A model generated the notes under the pieces. The model did not search any database. It worked only from the letters and a program-made list of their open reading frames with translations, and had not been told where the DNA came from. Both the position numbers and the translations under genes were made by a program. A stretch of 64,000 nt of DNA from Octopus vulgaris (lineage: Eukaryota): NCBI GenBank assembly GCA_951406725.2, contig OX597822.1:101990001-102054000 (forward strand). Direction: 5' to 3'. Position 1 is the stretch's first letter. Each line of letters begins with the position of its first letter. This document shows positions 12,600 through 25,915 of this stretch, piece after piece.

Positions 12600-13720
12600 T
12601 TCGTGTGCTTAACTTTTGGAGACTTCGGTTTTGTGGTTGCTTTTAGTTAATTTTGAGATGCTGATTTCAAATATGGTGACCATTTTTTTCTAACACATCA
12701 GGTTTTCATTCCATAGCATAACCCTATTTTATGATGCACTGTATAAATAATTTACTTGGTGAGGATAGTTTACTAAACCTATAGCTTCAAACCATAAGTC
12801 ATGATGTCAATAAAATATGAAATTATAAATGAAATCTAAGGTAGCATCACCTTTTCATAAATACATATTGTTGATTCTCTAATATGATGGATCAAACACA
12901 AACCATCATACACATACCTTCATACTCACGGAACAAATTTCCGCTTGCGAGAACATGTGGAGTATTTCATGTCTACGCAGTCTCTTTGAATTCACCAACA
13001 GTAATCTGCCATCACGAGTGTGATATTTCTCCTCCATAATCTTGATTGCTTGACGAAAACGCTCACCATGCTCATCGCTTTACGTCTCTGACATAAGCAG
13101 GAAATTCATCAAGATGACTATTAAAGAAATGAAGCCTAAAACATGAAATCTATCAAGTAATCTCTCTACCAAATCCTTGTAGTTTGCAGCCTTTTCAATA
13201 CCCCAAAATCCTTTCACAACAGCCACAAATTAATCCAATGCTCTTTTTTCTAAGTCAGTTATCGAGCTTGAGAAATTCTGGCATTTCCTCAACATTCTAA
13301 TTTGTAGCCCATCAAAAACACCAGCCGTTATTTTATATCTCAGGTCAGGAAATGTTGTACATATGAATTAATTTGAAATAGTTACCTTCCACATTAGCAG
13401 CTTTGAAGATTGCTTCATTAGTCCTTGTTTTATATAAAGGGGTAGGGACATGACTTTCTCCCGCTCAACAAGCGGTTGGTGTATGATATTCTTCTCCCCA
13501 ACAGTCAAAATTTTCCTAACTAGACAGAGTTTCTGTTCCCAATGTTTGTTTCTTGCTGAGCTATCAAATAAACACAGGAAACACGGATATTTTGTATGCC
13601 CTCCTTGTTGACCAAGTAAAACGTCGACCATTTTTAGAATCACACATATTACCCATTTGTTTTCATCATAGTTGAGTAAATCGATTACAACTTTTATTTG
13701 ATCATAATGACTCCCCATTC
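12600..13720 (-). mobile_element. Decayed DNA transposon, Chapaev3-like (CMC superfamily), 3' half
   Basis: LLGQQGGHTKYPCFLCLFDS, PLYIKQGLMKQ (cf. PLHIKLGLMKQ) and downstream HFFNSHLDEFP...SDEHGERF; family assignment from recalled motifs; left boundary approximate. Confidence 0.7.
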
Positions 13721-13722
13721 AC

Positions 13723-13884
<162 letters not shown>

Positions 13885-15326
13885 CGACGAGCTTCTTTCA
13901 GTTTCCGTCTATCAAATTCCCACACAAGGCTTTGGTCAAACGCAGGGTTATTTCAGAAGGCATTTGCCTAAAATGCCATGCAGTGGAACTGAACACAGAA
14001 CCTAGTGATTTAGACGCAAACTTCTTACCACAACGCTGGGTAATATTTCTAACAAACGGCGACCACAAAGTGATCCCCTTACTAGCTCGTAAATATGGTA
14101 TGTTGATGTATTTTCAGCATGAAATAGTATATACTGTGCACTGTTAACTGTAGACATAATGGTGAATTTAAATGGAAAAGTAAGCGAGTAATAAGTTGCT
14201 CTTCTGCGGGAGACTAGAGAAGTTCTGAAGCCGAGGAAAACATGTTTACAAATGTTTACAGTACTTCAAAGATACTAAAGTTAAAAGATGTTAAGAATGC
14301 TAATTGCAAAATTTGGTAGCACGAAGGAGAAAAGTCGATTATATTGACCCCCAGTACTCAAATGTTTATTATTTTATCGACCCCGAAATGATGAAAGGCA
14401 AAGTCGATCTTAGCGTAATTTGAACAAGAATATAAAGCCGGGCGAAATGCCGCTAAGCATTGTGCCCGGAGTGTTAACGATTCTGCCAGCTCGCCGGCTT
14501 TCGACAAGATATCATATCAAGGAGAAGATTATGTTAAATTTATGCGCATACCTTTACGTACAATCTACATAAAACAGGTTTGCTGAGAAATTTACTCACC
14601 AATACATTGTCAAGACTTTACTAAAACCTGTTTAATTGTAATTTTGTAATACCTTGAGATATTGCGTAAGAAATCTACCAGAAAATAGTCATTAGTATTT
14701 TCTCTCTTAAGAAAGGGAGAAATATAACGTGAAAGTTTGTAAATCTAGAGTTGTTTTTCATGATAACTATTTTAGTCCATATATGAACTAAGTTTGTTAG
14801 TTACTTCTAGATAGATGTAGGAGGAATGCCTAGAAATATATCATAGGATTAAGAGACTGAATGTAATAACCGAGTTCTCATTTAAATCAATAAATCTGAT
14901 AGAGCACAGCGAATGAAGAATTTGATCATATTAATGGATGAGGAAATAAAGTGTGGATTAATGTAGATACTGACAAATAAAGAGTGGATTAAATTTAGAT
15001 TAAAGCAGATAGTTGCAAATAGAGAATTTGAAGAGTTTTCGTTATGAGTGCAATAATCGTAGCTGAAATATTGATTTTAAATTTGGGCCGAATGCCAGCA
15101 AATTTAAGGGAGGAGGAATAGTCGATTTCAAGGACTCAGGTACTAAACTGGTACTTATTGGTTGCTTAAATATTAGCAAATCTGTTAGCTTTAGAAGCTT
15201 AAATTTACCTCATATTTTGGCGAGAGTAGAAGGAAACCAGTGAGAGGATCTTGAGCATTTGATTGGGCTTTTATAATTGCAGTGTTTTGATAATGTTGTT
15301 TAATATAGAAATTTTCTTTTATTTCT

Positions 15327-16655
15327 ATGAGTAGTTTAATGAGTTCCTTTTATTTCTGTTTAGGCATGGCAAACGCATCAGAAAATTCTAATCAATCCTA
15401 TTTCGAGAAAAGAAAAACTGCACTGAAAAACATGAAAGTTACTTTCATAAAAAGACCGAAAAATTCAAAGATTCCCAAAGACTATTATGAAAATCCACAA
15501 CCATACGAACATAACTTTAAAAAAATTATTAACGAACCAGATATTTGTTCTAAAGAAGAAAAAATACTTCTCCTATATGCTGTTCGATCTGTCTACTACA
15601 ATTTTGCTCGACGTCAAATACATAGGGACAATATTCGCTATATTCCAAATGACATACGCTCCACACATACAATTGTTAAACAGGTTTTCCTAATGGGTAC
15701 AACAAACAATTCTACAATACAATCCTTTGTTCAGAAGGAAAGTGAAAAATACCGGGACATCATCCAAGAAGATTTTTTAGAGTCGTATGCAAATCTTTCA
15801 CTAAAAGGAATAATGGCGTGGAAATGGAGCGTGGAATTCTGTAGCAACGCCGAATATGTCATTGTTATGAATGATGAGCTTTTCGTAGATCAATACAAAT
15901 TGATGCATTATCTCCATTATCATATGACTCTTGATGGACATGACAACCGTTTTACAATATGTTTTCGTAAAGGTGGTGCAACAAACAGACGCTTATTCTT
16001 ACGTAGAAACATAAACATGTCAATGTTTTATAAAGGTAATCATTATCCGTATTTTTGTGACGGAGTTGGTTACGTGGCACATATTAATTTCATTAATAAA
16101 CTGTACATTGCCTCTTTAAGCAATCATGTTTTTATGCCCGATGGTGTTTGGAACGGACTACTTGCAGAAAAACTAAATACATCTTTACAAACAGAAAGTT
16201 ATTTGTATGCATATTACAATGTAATAGAACGATTTTCTCACCCATTATATCAATTTTCTCTACTTATGTTTGGTGTTACAGATCATAAACTAACTAACTA
16301 TTATGCACTGCAAATCTTAAAAAATATATCTCATACTGTGAAAATTCGAAGAAAACAATACCGTTATAAAATGTCTGAAACTTTCTTGATGGAAGATGTT
16401 CCTATTAAAATAAATTACCCGAGTTATATTAGAAAAAGGGATACAGAAAATTTGGAATTATGCAAAAATAACTTGAACAGTCTGTTTAAAAATACATATG
16501 AATCTGGAATTTGGAAAAGTTTGATTTTCTTCTGTGTTTTTTTCATTTTATTCACAAGATATAAACCTAGAGCGCAGCTTTTATTTAAAACTAAAATAAT
16601 ATGTGTTGTTGTTGGTATGTATTTAATTATATATGTGGTCTTCTTCGCTATATGA
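15327..16655 (+). CDS. GT31 family glycosyltransferase-like, copy 2 (possibly catalytically impaired); probable acceptor at 15363/15364
   Basis: 442-aa ORF near-identical to copy 1 with a 17-aa in-frame deletion and PDDVW->PDGVW. Confidence 0.85.
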   Translation: MSSLMSSFYFCLGMANASENSNQSYFEKRKTALKNMKVTFIKRPKNSKIPKDYYENPQPYEHNFKKIINEPDICSKEEKILLLYAVRSVYYNFARRQIHRDNIRYIPNDIRSTHTIVKQVFLMGTTNNSTIQSFVQKESEKYRDIIQEDFLESYANLSLKGIMAWKWSVEFCSNAEYVIVMNDELFVDQYKLMHYLHYHMTLDGHDNRFTICFRKGGATNRRLFLRRNINMSMFYKGNHYPYFCDGVGYVAHINFINKLYIASLSNHVFMPDGVWNGLLAEKLNTSLQTESYLYAYYNVIERFSHPLYQFSLLMFGVTDHKLTNYYALQILKNISHTVKIRRKQYRYKMSETFLMEDVPIKINYPSYIRKRDTENLELCKNNLNSLFKNTYESGIWKSLIFFCVFFILFTRYKPRAQLLFKTKIICVVVGMYLIIYVVFFAI

Positions 16656-18150
16656 CTCAAGACCACCGATACACTGGAGTACGTTACTGGTCATCAAAGC
16701 ATAATTGTCGAGATTTAAAAGTCCACCTACAACGCACAGCAAGTTCGTATGGCTTTACCATGTTCTTGATAGGAATTCACAAAAAAATAATAATGGTCTT
16801 CAGGAAATTGTCAAGAAAAATCTACTTATAACGAGAAAAATTGATTCCCACGGTATTTTGAGAAGATTCGAAAGTTCTAAATTCGAGACTTTATAAATTC
16901 AGTCAGTTTGAGTGTGATTATACTGGTAGATGCAAATCAATTAAACAAATTCTATGACATTATTTAATCAAATAAAATGTGGAAAAGAAATTCATTTCCA
17001 AACACTTTATTATAAATACGCGGATTAAAATCTTGAGATTTTGAGTTCAGGTTCACATATGATTGAAAACAATGCTGTTTGTTCTTGAAATTATTCGTAA
17101 TTCATATAAGCACTTTGTCCTGATTTAAGCATTATTTGACTCATCAAAAGCAACATTTTCCATATAACAAAAGGATGCTATCATCGTAACATGATATGAT
17201 TGGTCTGGTATAATGTTTCCATACATACACATACACAAATATACGTACATATTCCAAGATATATGATCTTTCTGTTTTTGCCAATGGAGTGCAGAATGCG
17301 GAACACTCACTGATTCTAAAACATCTCTTATACAAAATCCGTTCTGTCTGTCTGTGTGTGTTTTCTAGTATCGCGGGCATCCTCCATCCAATTGCGCTCA
17401 AATTTGATATGTAGATACCGACGATATCAGGGCGTGTATAAGTCTTGACAAAATTTCAAAAATCGATTCCAGGTAAGAATGCGATCGATAAAGCCGTGGG
17501 ATCGTGCAATTGTAAAATCGTTTTTCTTGGAATAGAAAGAAAGTCTAACTTTATTTCTTCTTTTGCTGGTGTCTCAAATTTAGGTTAAACCAGTGTTTCT
17601 CAAAGGGGAGGCTTATGGGACGGTCTGACAAGTTGTTTTGAGAAAATTTGGTTTAAATGTTTCATAAGTCAGCACCGTCCATTGTACGGGGGTCGTTTTA
17701 CTCGTATTGTATAAAAAGCGTTGTGGCTTGTTTGAAGCATTTTTGATAAAGAATCTGAATGAGTAAAAATTGGCGAGTTTCTTATGGAAAGAGCAATAAA
17801 TGCAATAACCTAATATATTTCAGATACAAAATCTAATAATCGCAAGTAAACAATCAAAAAACAATCGGCCCATTCAGATACCGGTCATATTGGTTGCAGT
17901 GCGGATAGCGGAAATAGAACGGGTAGTAGTAGTAGTAGCAGGGGAAATAGAATCGGTGGCATCAATACTCGGCGGCAGCGACCACGTATATTGTATAGTG
18001 CATAAAATGGATGAAAATACACGCATAAACTTGATTTTATATTTAAACATATACATCATCCATATTAAAAGGAAGTGAAATTCGTGAAGTTCATTTCCGT
18101 TCCAAGTATTTTATTGTTGAATAACTGCATTCACAAATCACAATCTAAGA

Positions 18151-18492
18151 GGTAAAGGTAAAGACCCCCTTCGGTCAGGCACTGACCATGGGTTTGCACC
18201 TAGAGAGATACCCTCTGAGGCACAAGTCTGGGCAAGGTTGTTTTTATGGAAGACCAGCAGTCGCCCATGCATACCGGCCTCCCCTCTCCACGTCACCGAT
18301 GTTGTCCAAGGGAAAGGCAAAGGGGCCGATACAGCTTGGCACCTGTGACGTCGCAACTCATTTCTACAGCTGAGTGAACTGGAGCAACGTGAAATAAAGT
18401 GCCTTGCTCAAGAACACAACACGCAGCCCCGTCCGGGATTCGAGCTCACAACCTCACGATCGTAAGCTCGACGCTCTAACCACTGAGCCATG
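18151..18492 (-). mobile_element. tRNA-derived SINE (OR2-like head, TTTACC tail), present only in copy B
   Basis: A/B-box head on the minus strand; empty site at 5159/5161; second copy at 34121-34458. Confidence 0.88.
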
Positions 18493-18756
18493 CACAAGAC
18501 TAAATAAGGCGTCGTTGACGTTATTAAAGCGTTCTTTCAATACGACATTCTAGGTGCCGAAATATCATTCAACCAATTTCTTCTATATATTTGTGTATAA
18601 CTTCTGGATGAGTTACCTCGGTCCTATATAGTCTTAATAATAATAATAATAATAATAATTTCAAATTTTTGCACAAGGGCAGCAATTTGGGGAGGGGACT
18701 AGTCAATTACATCTAGCCCAGTGTTTCACTGGTACTTATATATATATATATATATC

Positions 18757-19011
18757 ACCGTGATCACCGAGGCCGACCAGGCTATCAGATGTTGCTACAC
18801 ATCGCTGGTCACAATGCGCTTCTCATTCTTTTTAGCCTTCAAATGACGCCACCCCGCTGGCTAAGCGAGCAGGCCAACAGAAGAAAGAGAGAGAGAAAGT
18901 GGAGCTTTAGGTGTTTTCGCTCAATAAACACTCACAACGTCCGGGCTGGGAATCGAAACCACGATCCTACGACCGCGAGTCCGCTGCCCTAACCAATGGG
19001 CCATTGCGTCT

Positions 19012-19013
<2 letters not shown>
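18757..19013 (-). mobile_element. tRNA-derived SINE (OR1-like head)
   Basis: Reverse complement of g.cgcaatggccca.tggttagggcagcggactcgcggtcgtaggatcg; the same 3' part is at 40180-40362. Confidence 0.85.
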
Positions 19014-19330
<317 letters not shown>

Positions 19331-19558
19331 ACATGATGCACAGAATAAGAATCACACTTGTACGACGAACCTTATGACTTAGAGATTCAATTTAACTCTC
19401 ATTCCACTGTCTGTTATCTTCAACAAGAGAACATCAAGTAGTTGTGAAGTGAACCTGTACATCATTTGGGCATGTTAGGGTTATGCACACACACACAGAC
19501 ACAGGCACACATATACATACATACATACATACACACACACGCATACATAGATACATAC

Positions 19559-19608
<50 letters not shown>

Positions 19609-20006
19609 ATCGAGCATGCTTTCGCCCTTTTGCTCGATGTGTGGCTTCCATTCACGCTGACCTCACCTTGGGGCACCTGCGCTACCGTCTGACAGACGTA
19701 CCGCCCCAAACATGAAACAGAAACAACGCTAGTGTAATAAATATCAACCACATATACTTAACGTACACTGTAAGTGTATTTGCCGGTAAGCTGCGTCTGC
19801 GCCTTGTAAAGAATACTTTACAAGGGGATTTGAGAGAGTATTCTCCACCACGCTATAGCACAGCCTACCGGCAAATGCACAAATCATTTTCATGAAGAAT
19901 ATGTAGTTGATAATGGCTATTCATGTAAGTGTGTGTATGTATGTATTATGCATGTATGTATGCATATATGGGTATATATATATATATATATATATAAATG
20001 TATATA

Positions 20007-20165
20007 CCGTATTTTAACGTGTATAAGGAACCCCCTAATTGGTGGGGGCTAAAATTTGGAAAATGGTTTTGTAAGGGATTATAATACTATCCATGTATAA
20101 GAAACTCACATATTTTTAACCTAATTTTTGACAAAAATGGGTTACTTATACGCGTTAAAATACGG
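20007..20165. mobile_element. Tc1/mariner-superfamily (Tc2-like) MITE
   Basis: 21-bp TIRs ccgtattttaacg(t/c)gtataag, with TA on the left flank. Confidence 0.8.
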
Positions 20166-20187
20166 TCTATATAAATATGTATGAATG

Positions 20188-20253
<66 letters not shown>

Positions 20254-20255
<2 letters not shown>

Positions 20256-21539
20256 AGGGAAAATCAAGAATTATCCGCACTTTCGCCATAACACATCTTT
20301 ATTATTGTTACACTGCCTTCTGCGCATGCGTGCTTATAGTTGGTACTATTGTGGTCACGTGATTGCGCCATTTTTCTTTCTGGCTTTACAGTGTAAGCAT
20401 TGCCGCTCCACAATGTGCACCGAAGAAAAACAAAGAGTACTGATCCGATTTTTCTGTTCGGAAGGTGTGTCAGGTGCTGAAATTTATCAGAGGCTCAATA
20501 CGAGAAGAGTGCACCATCGCGTAGAAGTGTGTGTGAGTGGATTGAGAAGTTTAAAAGCGGCCGGACAAGCGTAACGTACGAAGAGAGCGCAGTACGCCCG
20601 TCAACCTTCACCACTGACGAAAAGATTCAGCAAGCAAGATGGTAATGGTGAACCGGCGAGTTATTATCGTTAAGGTAGCTCTTACTCTGCAGATTAGTCA
20701 TGATTCAGCCTATCAAAATATCCACGAGGATCTCGGCTTCCATAAAGTCTGTGAAAGATGTGTGCCAAGAGAGCTTACTGCAGAGCACAAGCGCAAACGT
20801 CTTGACGTCTGCCAACATTTACTCAATCGATACAACAATGAGGGCGAGGAATTTGGGGGCAGAATAGTCACAGAACATGAAACGTGGGTCCATCATTACG
20901 AAGCGGAATCCATAAGACAGAGTATAGAGGGAAAACATCCTGGCTCGCCAGCGATGAAGAAATTCAAGACTGTCTTCTGCGGGAAAGGTCATGCTAACCC
21001 TTTTTATTTTATACTGAAAAAGGTCTATACTGGAATACTACCTGGAAAACAGGTGTACGATCAACAGTGCAAGATATAGTGCTTTGATGGCTAAGAGACT
21101 GAAGCCAGCAATTCGCACCAAGCGCCGAAGCCTATTGCCGAAGAAATTTTTGTTGTTGCCTGACAATGCACGCCCACACACGGCCGTCCAGACTGTTGAA
21201 ACCACTAACCAAGTGCGTTCCGAGATGCTGGAACACTCTTCCTACAGTCCAGATCTCGTCCCTTCCGACTATCATATTTTTGGACCACTCAAAAATATGA
21301 TAGTTTATGAAGTCGTCGATTTCGTACGGAAGAAGATGTGAAGAAAGCAGTATATAAATGCTTGCAGGACCAACCGAAAACCTTCTTCTTGGAGGGAATG
21401 CGCAAGCTTGTGGACCACTGGACCAAGTGCATCGAAAAGGAAAGAGACTATATAGAAAAATGACGTACTTGTATGTCCCCTGCTTTTGTTTAAATGCTTT
21501 GAAAAAACAAGACTGCGTATAATTTTTGACACTCCTTCA
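20254..21539 (+). mobile_element. Near full-length decayed mariner (DD34D)
   Basis: TIR-like ends caagggaaaatcaagaattatccgca / tgcgtataatttttgacactcctt; CVPRELT (cf. WVPREL), HETWVHHY, DNARPH, YSPDLVPSDY across frameshifted ORFs. Confidence 0.92.
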
Positions 21540-21655
21540 TTAATTACAGTGAAAAGGACATTGTCAATTAAATCTAACACAAGACAGATGCGTCGAAACG
21601 GTTGTCGTGATTAATAAAAATTCTCGTATCTTCCATCTTCCGTCTTTCATTTACC

Positions 21656-21721
<66 letters not shown>

Positions 21722-21725
<4 letters not shown>

Positions 21726-21942
21726 GCGCCTGGCTTAGTGGTTAGGGTGTCAGCATCATGGTCCTAAGATTGTGGTTTCGATTCCTGGAAAACCGGGCGA
21801 CGCGTTGTGCTCTTGAGCAAAACACTTCATTTCACGTTGCTCCAGTCCACTCAGCTGGCAAAAATGAGAAACGCTGCGATGGACTGGCGCCCCGTCCAGC
21901 TGGGGAACACATACGCCATTGAAACCGGGAAACCGGGCCCAT
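21722..21942 (+). mobile_element. tRNA-derived SINE (OR2-like head, V-like body); second copy at ~47311-47560
   Basis: ggcgcctggcttagtggttagg...ggtttcgattcc...cttgagcaaaacacttcatttcacgttgctccag. Confidence 0.85.
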
Positions 21943-21972
21943 CATATATATGTATATATATATATATATATG

Positions 21973-22020
<48 letters not shown>

Positions 22021-22066
22021 AAAAAAGGAGATGTCGAACACGAGTGGTGATATATAAAAAGGAAAT

Positions 22067-22268
22067 GAAGAAAATGCTGACAAATAATTGAAGTAATTTA
22101 AGTAATTTAATTAGGTGAAAGTTCTTTTTACCGGTTGCGCATTTGTTATGCTTATCAAAATGATAAGCATAACATTTTGATAAGCATAACAAATGCGCAA
22201 CCGGTAAAAAGAACTTTCACCTAATTAAATTACTTAAATTACTTCAATTATTTGTCAGCATTTTCTTC
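22067..22268. repeat. Perfect 96-bp inverted repeat with a 10-nt spacer
   Basis: 22067-22162 is the exact reverse complement of 22173-22268. Confidence 0.95.
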
Positions 22269-22272
22269 TTTC

Positions 22273-22336
<64 letters not shown>

Positions 22337-22631
22337 TGTATAATCTCTTCGATATCAAAAGATGTAAATATATATACAAATATATGGTGGGATTAGAAGG
22401 GCATTGTGTATTACGAGTTCCCAGTTAGACCTATCAAAGTAGGCAATCGATGGAATTCTCTTTTAGATCCAGTGATCCGGAGTTAGTTTTGACTGGAGAA
22501 AAACAATGATGTTTCAAAGTGCATCCTACGTCACTGAATCAAGTGTGTTGTCAACACATCGTCACATGGGAGAAGTTGGTGTCCAGAAAGGAAATACAAC
22601 GGCGATTAGCCTATCCACATTCATGTTTCAG

Positions 22632-22703
<72 letters not shown>

Positions 22704-23571
22704 TTCATTGCATAACAAATATTCGTTAATTATTTTAGCTTCCTCTTTGTGAAGAATCTTTAACATAGCATGGAGTTTAGTATTTATAAGTAAATTCTCT
22801 TCGTTAGTATTCAATAAGATGTCTGTTTAGTATACATTAAAGCGACTCGCTAATTCATTACGATACCAACCTACCGGTTCTTATGCCTCCAATCGCTACA
22901 ACGTATACATGGCACCTAAGACAACCTGGTTCAAAGTCACCTTCTTATTTATTGATAGGTAGAATGCGCTAGTTGTAAGCTACTGACTAGTCGACTCATC
23001 GACCCGCGGCGGTGATACCCAATAGGTGTTAATCTGTTAATTATATCTATCACAATTATGGGAAAGAAATGTTATTCATTGAAAAATATTTATGCCTTTA
23101 AAATGAATAAGTCTTTATTGCCTTATTACAAAGGTCAACTGTCAACAGATCAAAATGCTATTCAGTTCTAAATCTCTGGATAGACTTACTTAACTAACAT
23201 CGCTAAGACGTCATTCTGTGATTACTTAACATAACATATTTTCACCTTTATCTATGTGAGGTATGGCGTTTGTGAAGAAATTAATTTTGTAGTTCGCAGC
23301 TAACTGCATTCACAAGCAGTAATCTCATTTATGGAAATATCAGTTCGCTTAAATCACTTTGGTTCCTTAAGAAAGGAGTCAACATCGCAAATCTTTTTGC
23401 CTTCTCTGAGGATTTCTATTTCATATGATGGATTTCTGTATTGATATAATGATTGCTGTTGACATTTATATTAATAATAGTAGTTGTTAATGTAGCAGAG
23501 AAGTTGATTCAATCGCAGATAAAATATGTACCTATAATATACTGCATCCAGCTCAAACTTGTTATTATTAA

Positions 23572-23981
23572 TTATTTCTTTATTGCCCACAAAGGGCTAA
23601 ACACAGAGGGGACAAACAAGGACAGACATAAGTATTAAGTCGATTACACCGACCCCACTGCGTTAATGGTACTTATTTAATCGACCCCGAAAGGATGAAA
23701 GGCAAAGTCGACCTCGGCGGAATTTGAACTCAGAACGTAGCGGCAGACAAATTACCTATTTATTTATTACCCACAAGGGGCTAAACACAGAGGGGACAAA
23801 CAAGGACAGTCAAAGGTATTAAGTCGATTACACCGACCCCACTGCGTAAATGGTACTTATTTAATCGACCCCGAAAGGATGAAAGGCAAAGTCGACCTCG
23901 GCGGAATTTGAACTCAGAACGTAGCGGCAGACGAATTACCACTAAGTATTTCGCCCGGCATGCTAACGATTCTGCCAGCTC
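23572..23981 (-). mobile_element. Family A SINE dimer
   Basis: Two 184-nt units and one tRNA-like head. Confidence 0.92.
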
Positions 23982-24159
23982 GAATGGGGGTGGATTGGCT
24001 CAACGAATCGCATCGACGTGTGACTTGGGTGCATGCAGCATTTCTTTGTTTCGGTGGTTTTCTAGCAACGCTATGTTCGGTATTCTCTGTGTATGTGTAT
24101 GTCTTGCGCTTTGGCTCTGCATAAATCTGTTTTTATAGTCCAAGATAACAATTATTGAG

Positions 24160-24975
24160 AAAAAAAAGCATCGGAGAAAATGCCATGTAGTATATGTTCT
24201 AATTCCTTATGTTCTGAGTCCAAATTCAGCCGAGGTCACCTTTACCTTTCATCCCTCTTGTACCCATAAAAGAGTGTACCAGGCGAGCACTGGTAGTTGG
24301 TGTAATCGCCTAACTCCCTCTCCAAAAGTTTTAGGCCTTGTGCCTACATTAACAACAATAGTGGATGGTGTATTAGCGGAACCATTTGAATTCCTGAGAA
24401 AATGTCTAACGTTATTTCCAGCTCTTTACTCACCGAAATCTAATCCTGCAGAGATCGACTTGTTCTTTTATCCCTCCATGTTCAATCAAATAAAATAGCC
24501 ACACTACTAGGGGTGATTTAATCGACTAAAATTCCCTGCACCTCCGAGATTTCTGGCCTTTTATTAGAGGGCAGTGTACTGATAGAAGCAGTAGAGCAGT
24601 GGACAAAATGCTGTATAGTATTTACTTATTTGAAAGCGGTGAACAAGCAGAACCGTTAGCACGAAGGGAAAAATGCTTTACTACATTTCGTCCGTCTTTA
24701 CATTCTGAGTTCAAACTGTACCGAGGCCGGCTTTGCCTTTCATTCTTTTCCACTACCCCGAAATTGCTAGCCTTGCGCCAAAATTTGAAACTAATATAAT
24801 CACAAAGTCAGTAATTTTGAAGGGTTGCGGTTAGTGAAGCCAATGACTAAATCCTCTCCTCGTTCACTTCTAGACAACTGATACTCTATGAAATAAGTAC
24901 CAGCTGAGCATTGGAGTCTATGTAATCGTCTTCTACTCCCCAAAAAATTCTGGTCTTCTGCCAAAAATTGAAAGC
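24160..24975 (+). mobile_element. Cluster of old, decayed family A-related SINEs; similar relics at 27118-27315, 33765-33960, 37285-37490
   Basis: Recurrent degenerate ttctgagttcaaatt...gaggtcgactttgcctttcat and ggccttgtgcc motifs. Confidence 0.7.
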
Positions 24976-25249
24976 AATATTTAGTTTTGTCTCTTGTAGA
25001 TTTAAGCTCAAATCCTGCTTGAGCGGATTTTAGTCATCAGATCCTTGTAAAATAACTATTTAGCTTGGCTTGGTTTAATTGAGACATATTTGTCATTATC
25101 CTGAAACCTAATGCAGTGAGAGACTTTGTTCTTTTCATTTGTCATCTTTGCTGATCGCCCTTTAACCTCCCATTGAGATTATTTTTGTTTTGCTTTTTGT
25201 TTGTTTGTTTTTTATTCGATGTGGTAGCCAGCCGGGATCCTACACGTAC

Positions 25250-25915
25250 GCCCTTGTCACAACCTATATTCTATAACCACTTTCCTTCCTACGAAATTAG
25301 TGGTTTTATCATATTTATTGTTTTAACGTTACCGATTATAATTGAATGATCCCTATTAGTATCAGTTACCCTTCTCGATCACATTGGGCAGCAATATGAC
25401 ACCGATGGTTTCTATTGGTTTGCACTTTTCCCTAAATCCGGCCACATGATGTTGGTCTCTATTGGGTCGGTTATAAATGTTCTGTGCCATGTAGTTTCCG
25501 GTCTTCCACTATTTCTTTTTTTTTCCTTCCGGTGATATCCATTTGAAAGATGTTTTAGAATTGTGTTCTTCTGGTAACCGAAATATGTGACCGAGTAGTT
25601 TTGATCTTCGTTCTGTGATGATTTCGCTAAGTGACCTTGAGTTGGTTCACTTTAGAATCTATTCATTAGTTACGTGGTTTTACCAGTACGTTCCCACAAT
25701 CCTTTACAAGCACCTTTGGTGCAACACATCTAATTGTCTATTGATTTTCATGATGCTCTTCCATATTTTACTAGTATAGAGAATTGTTGGTAAAACTATG
25801 CTATCACAGAGCCGGATCTTTTTATGTAAGCTGGCGGTATTGGAGAACCATAAAGTGCGCATTCTCTGGAATACAGCCGCAGCTTTGACTGATAGACTCA
25901 ATTTATTTTTCAAGC
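25250..25915 (-). mobile_element. RTE-clade LINE 3' fragment, decayed
   Basis: KAAAVFQRMRTLW...KIRL...VLPTILY...W...LDVLHQRCL*RI...W*NHVTNE...GHIFRL...GRPETTW on the minus strand. Confidence 0.82.
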
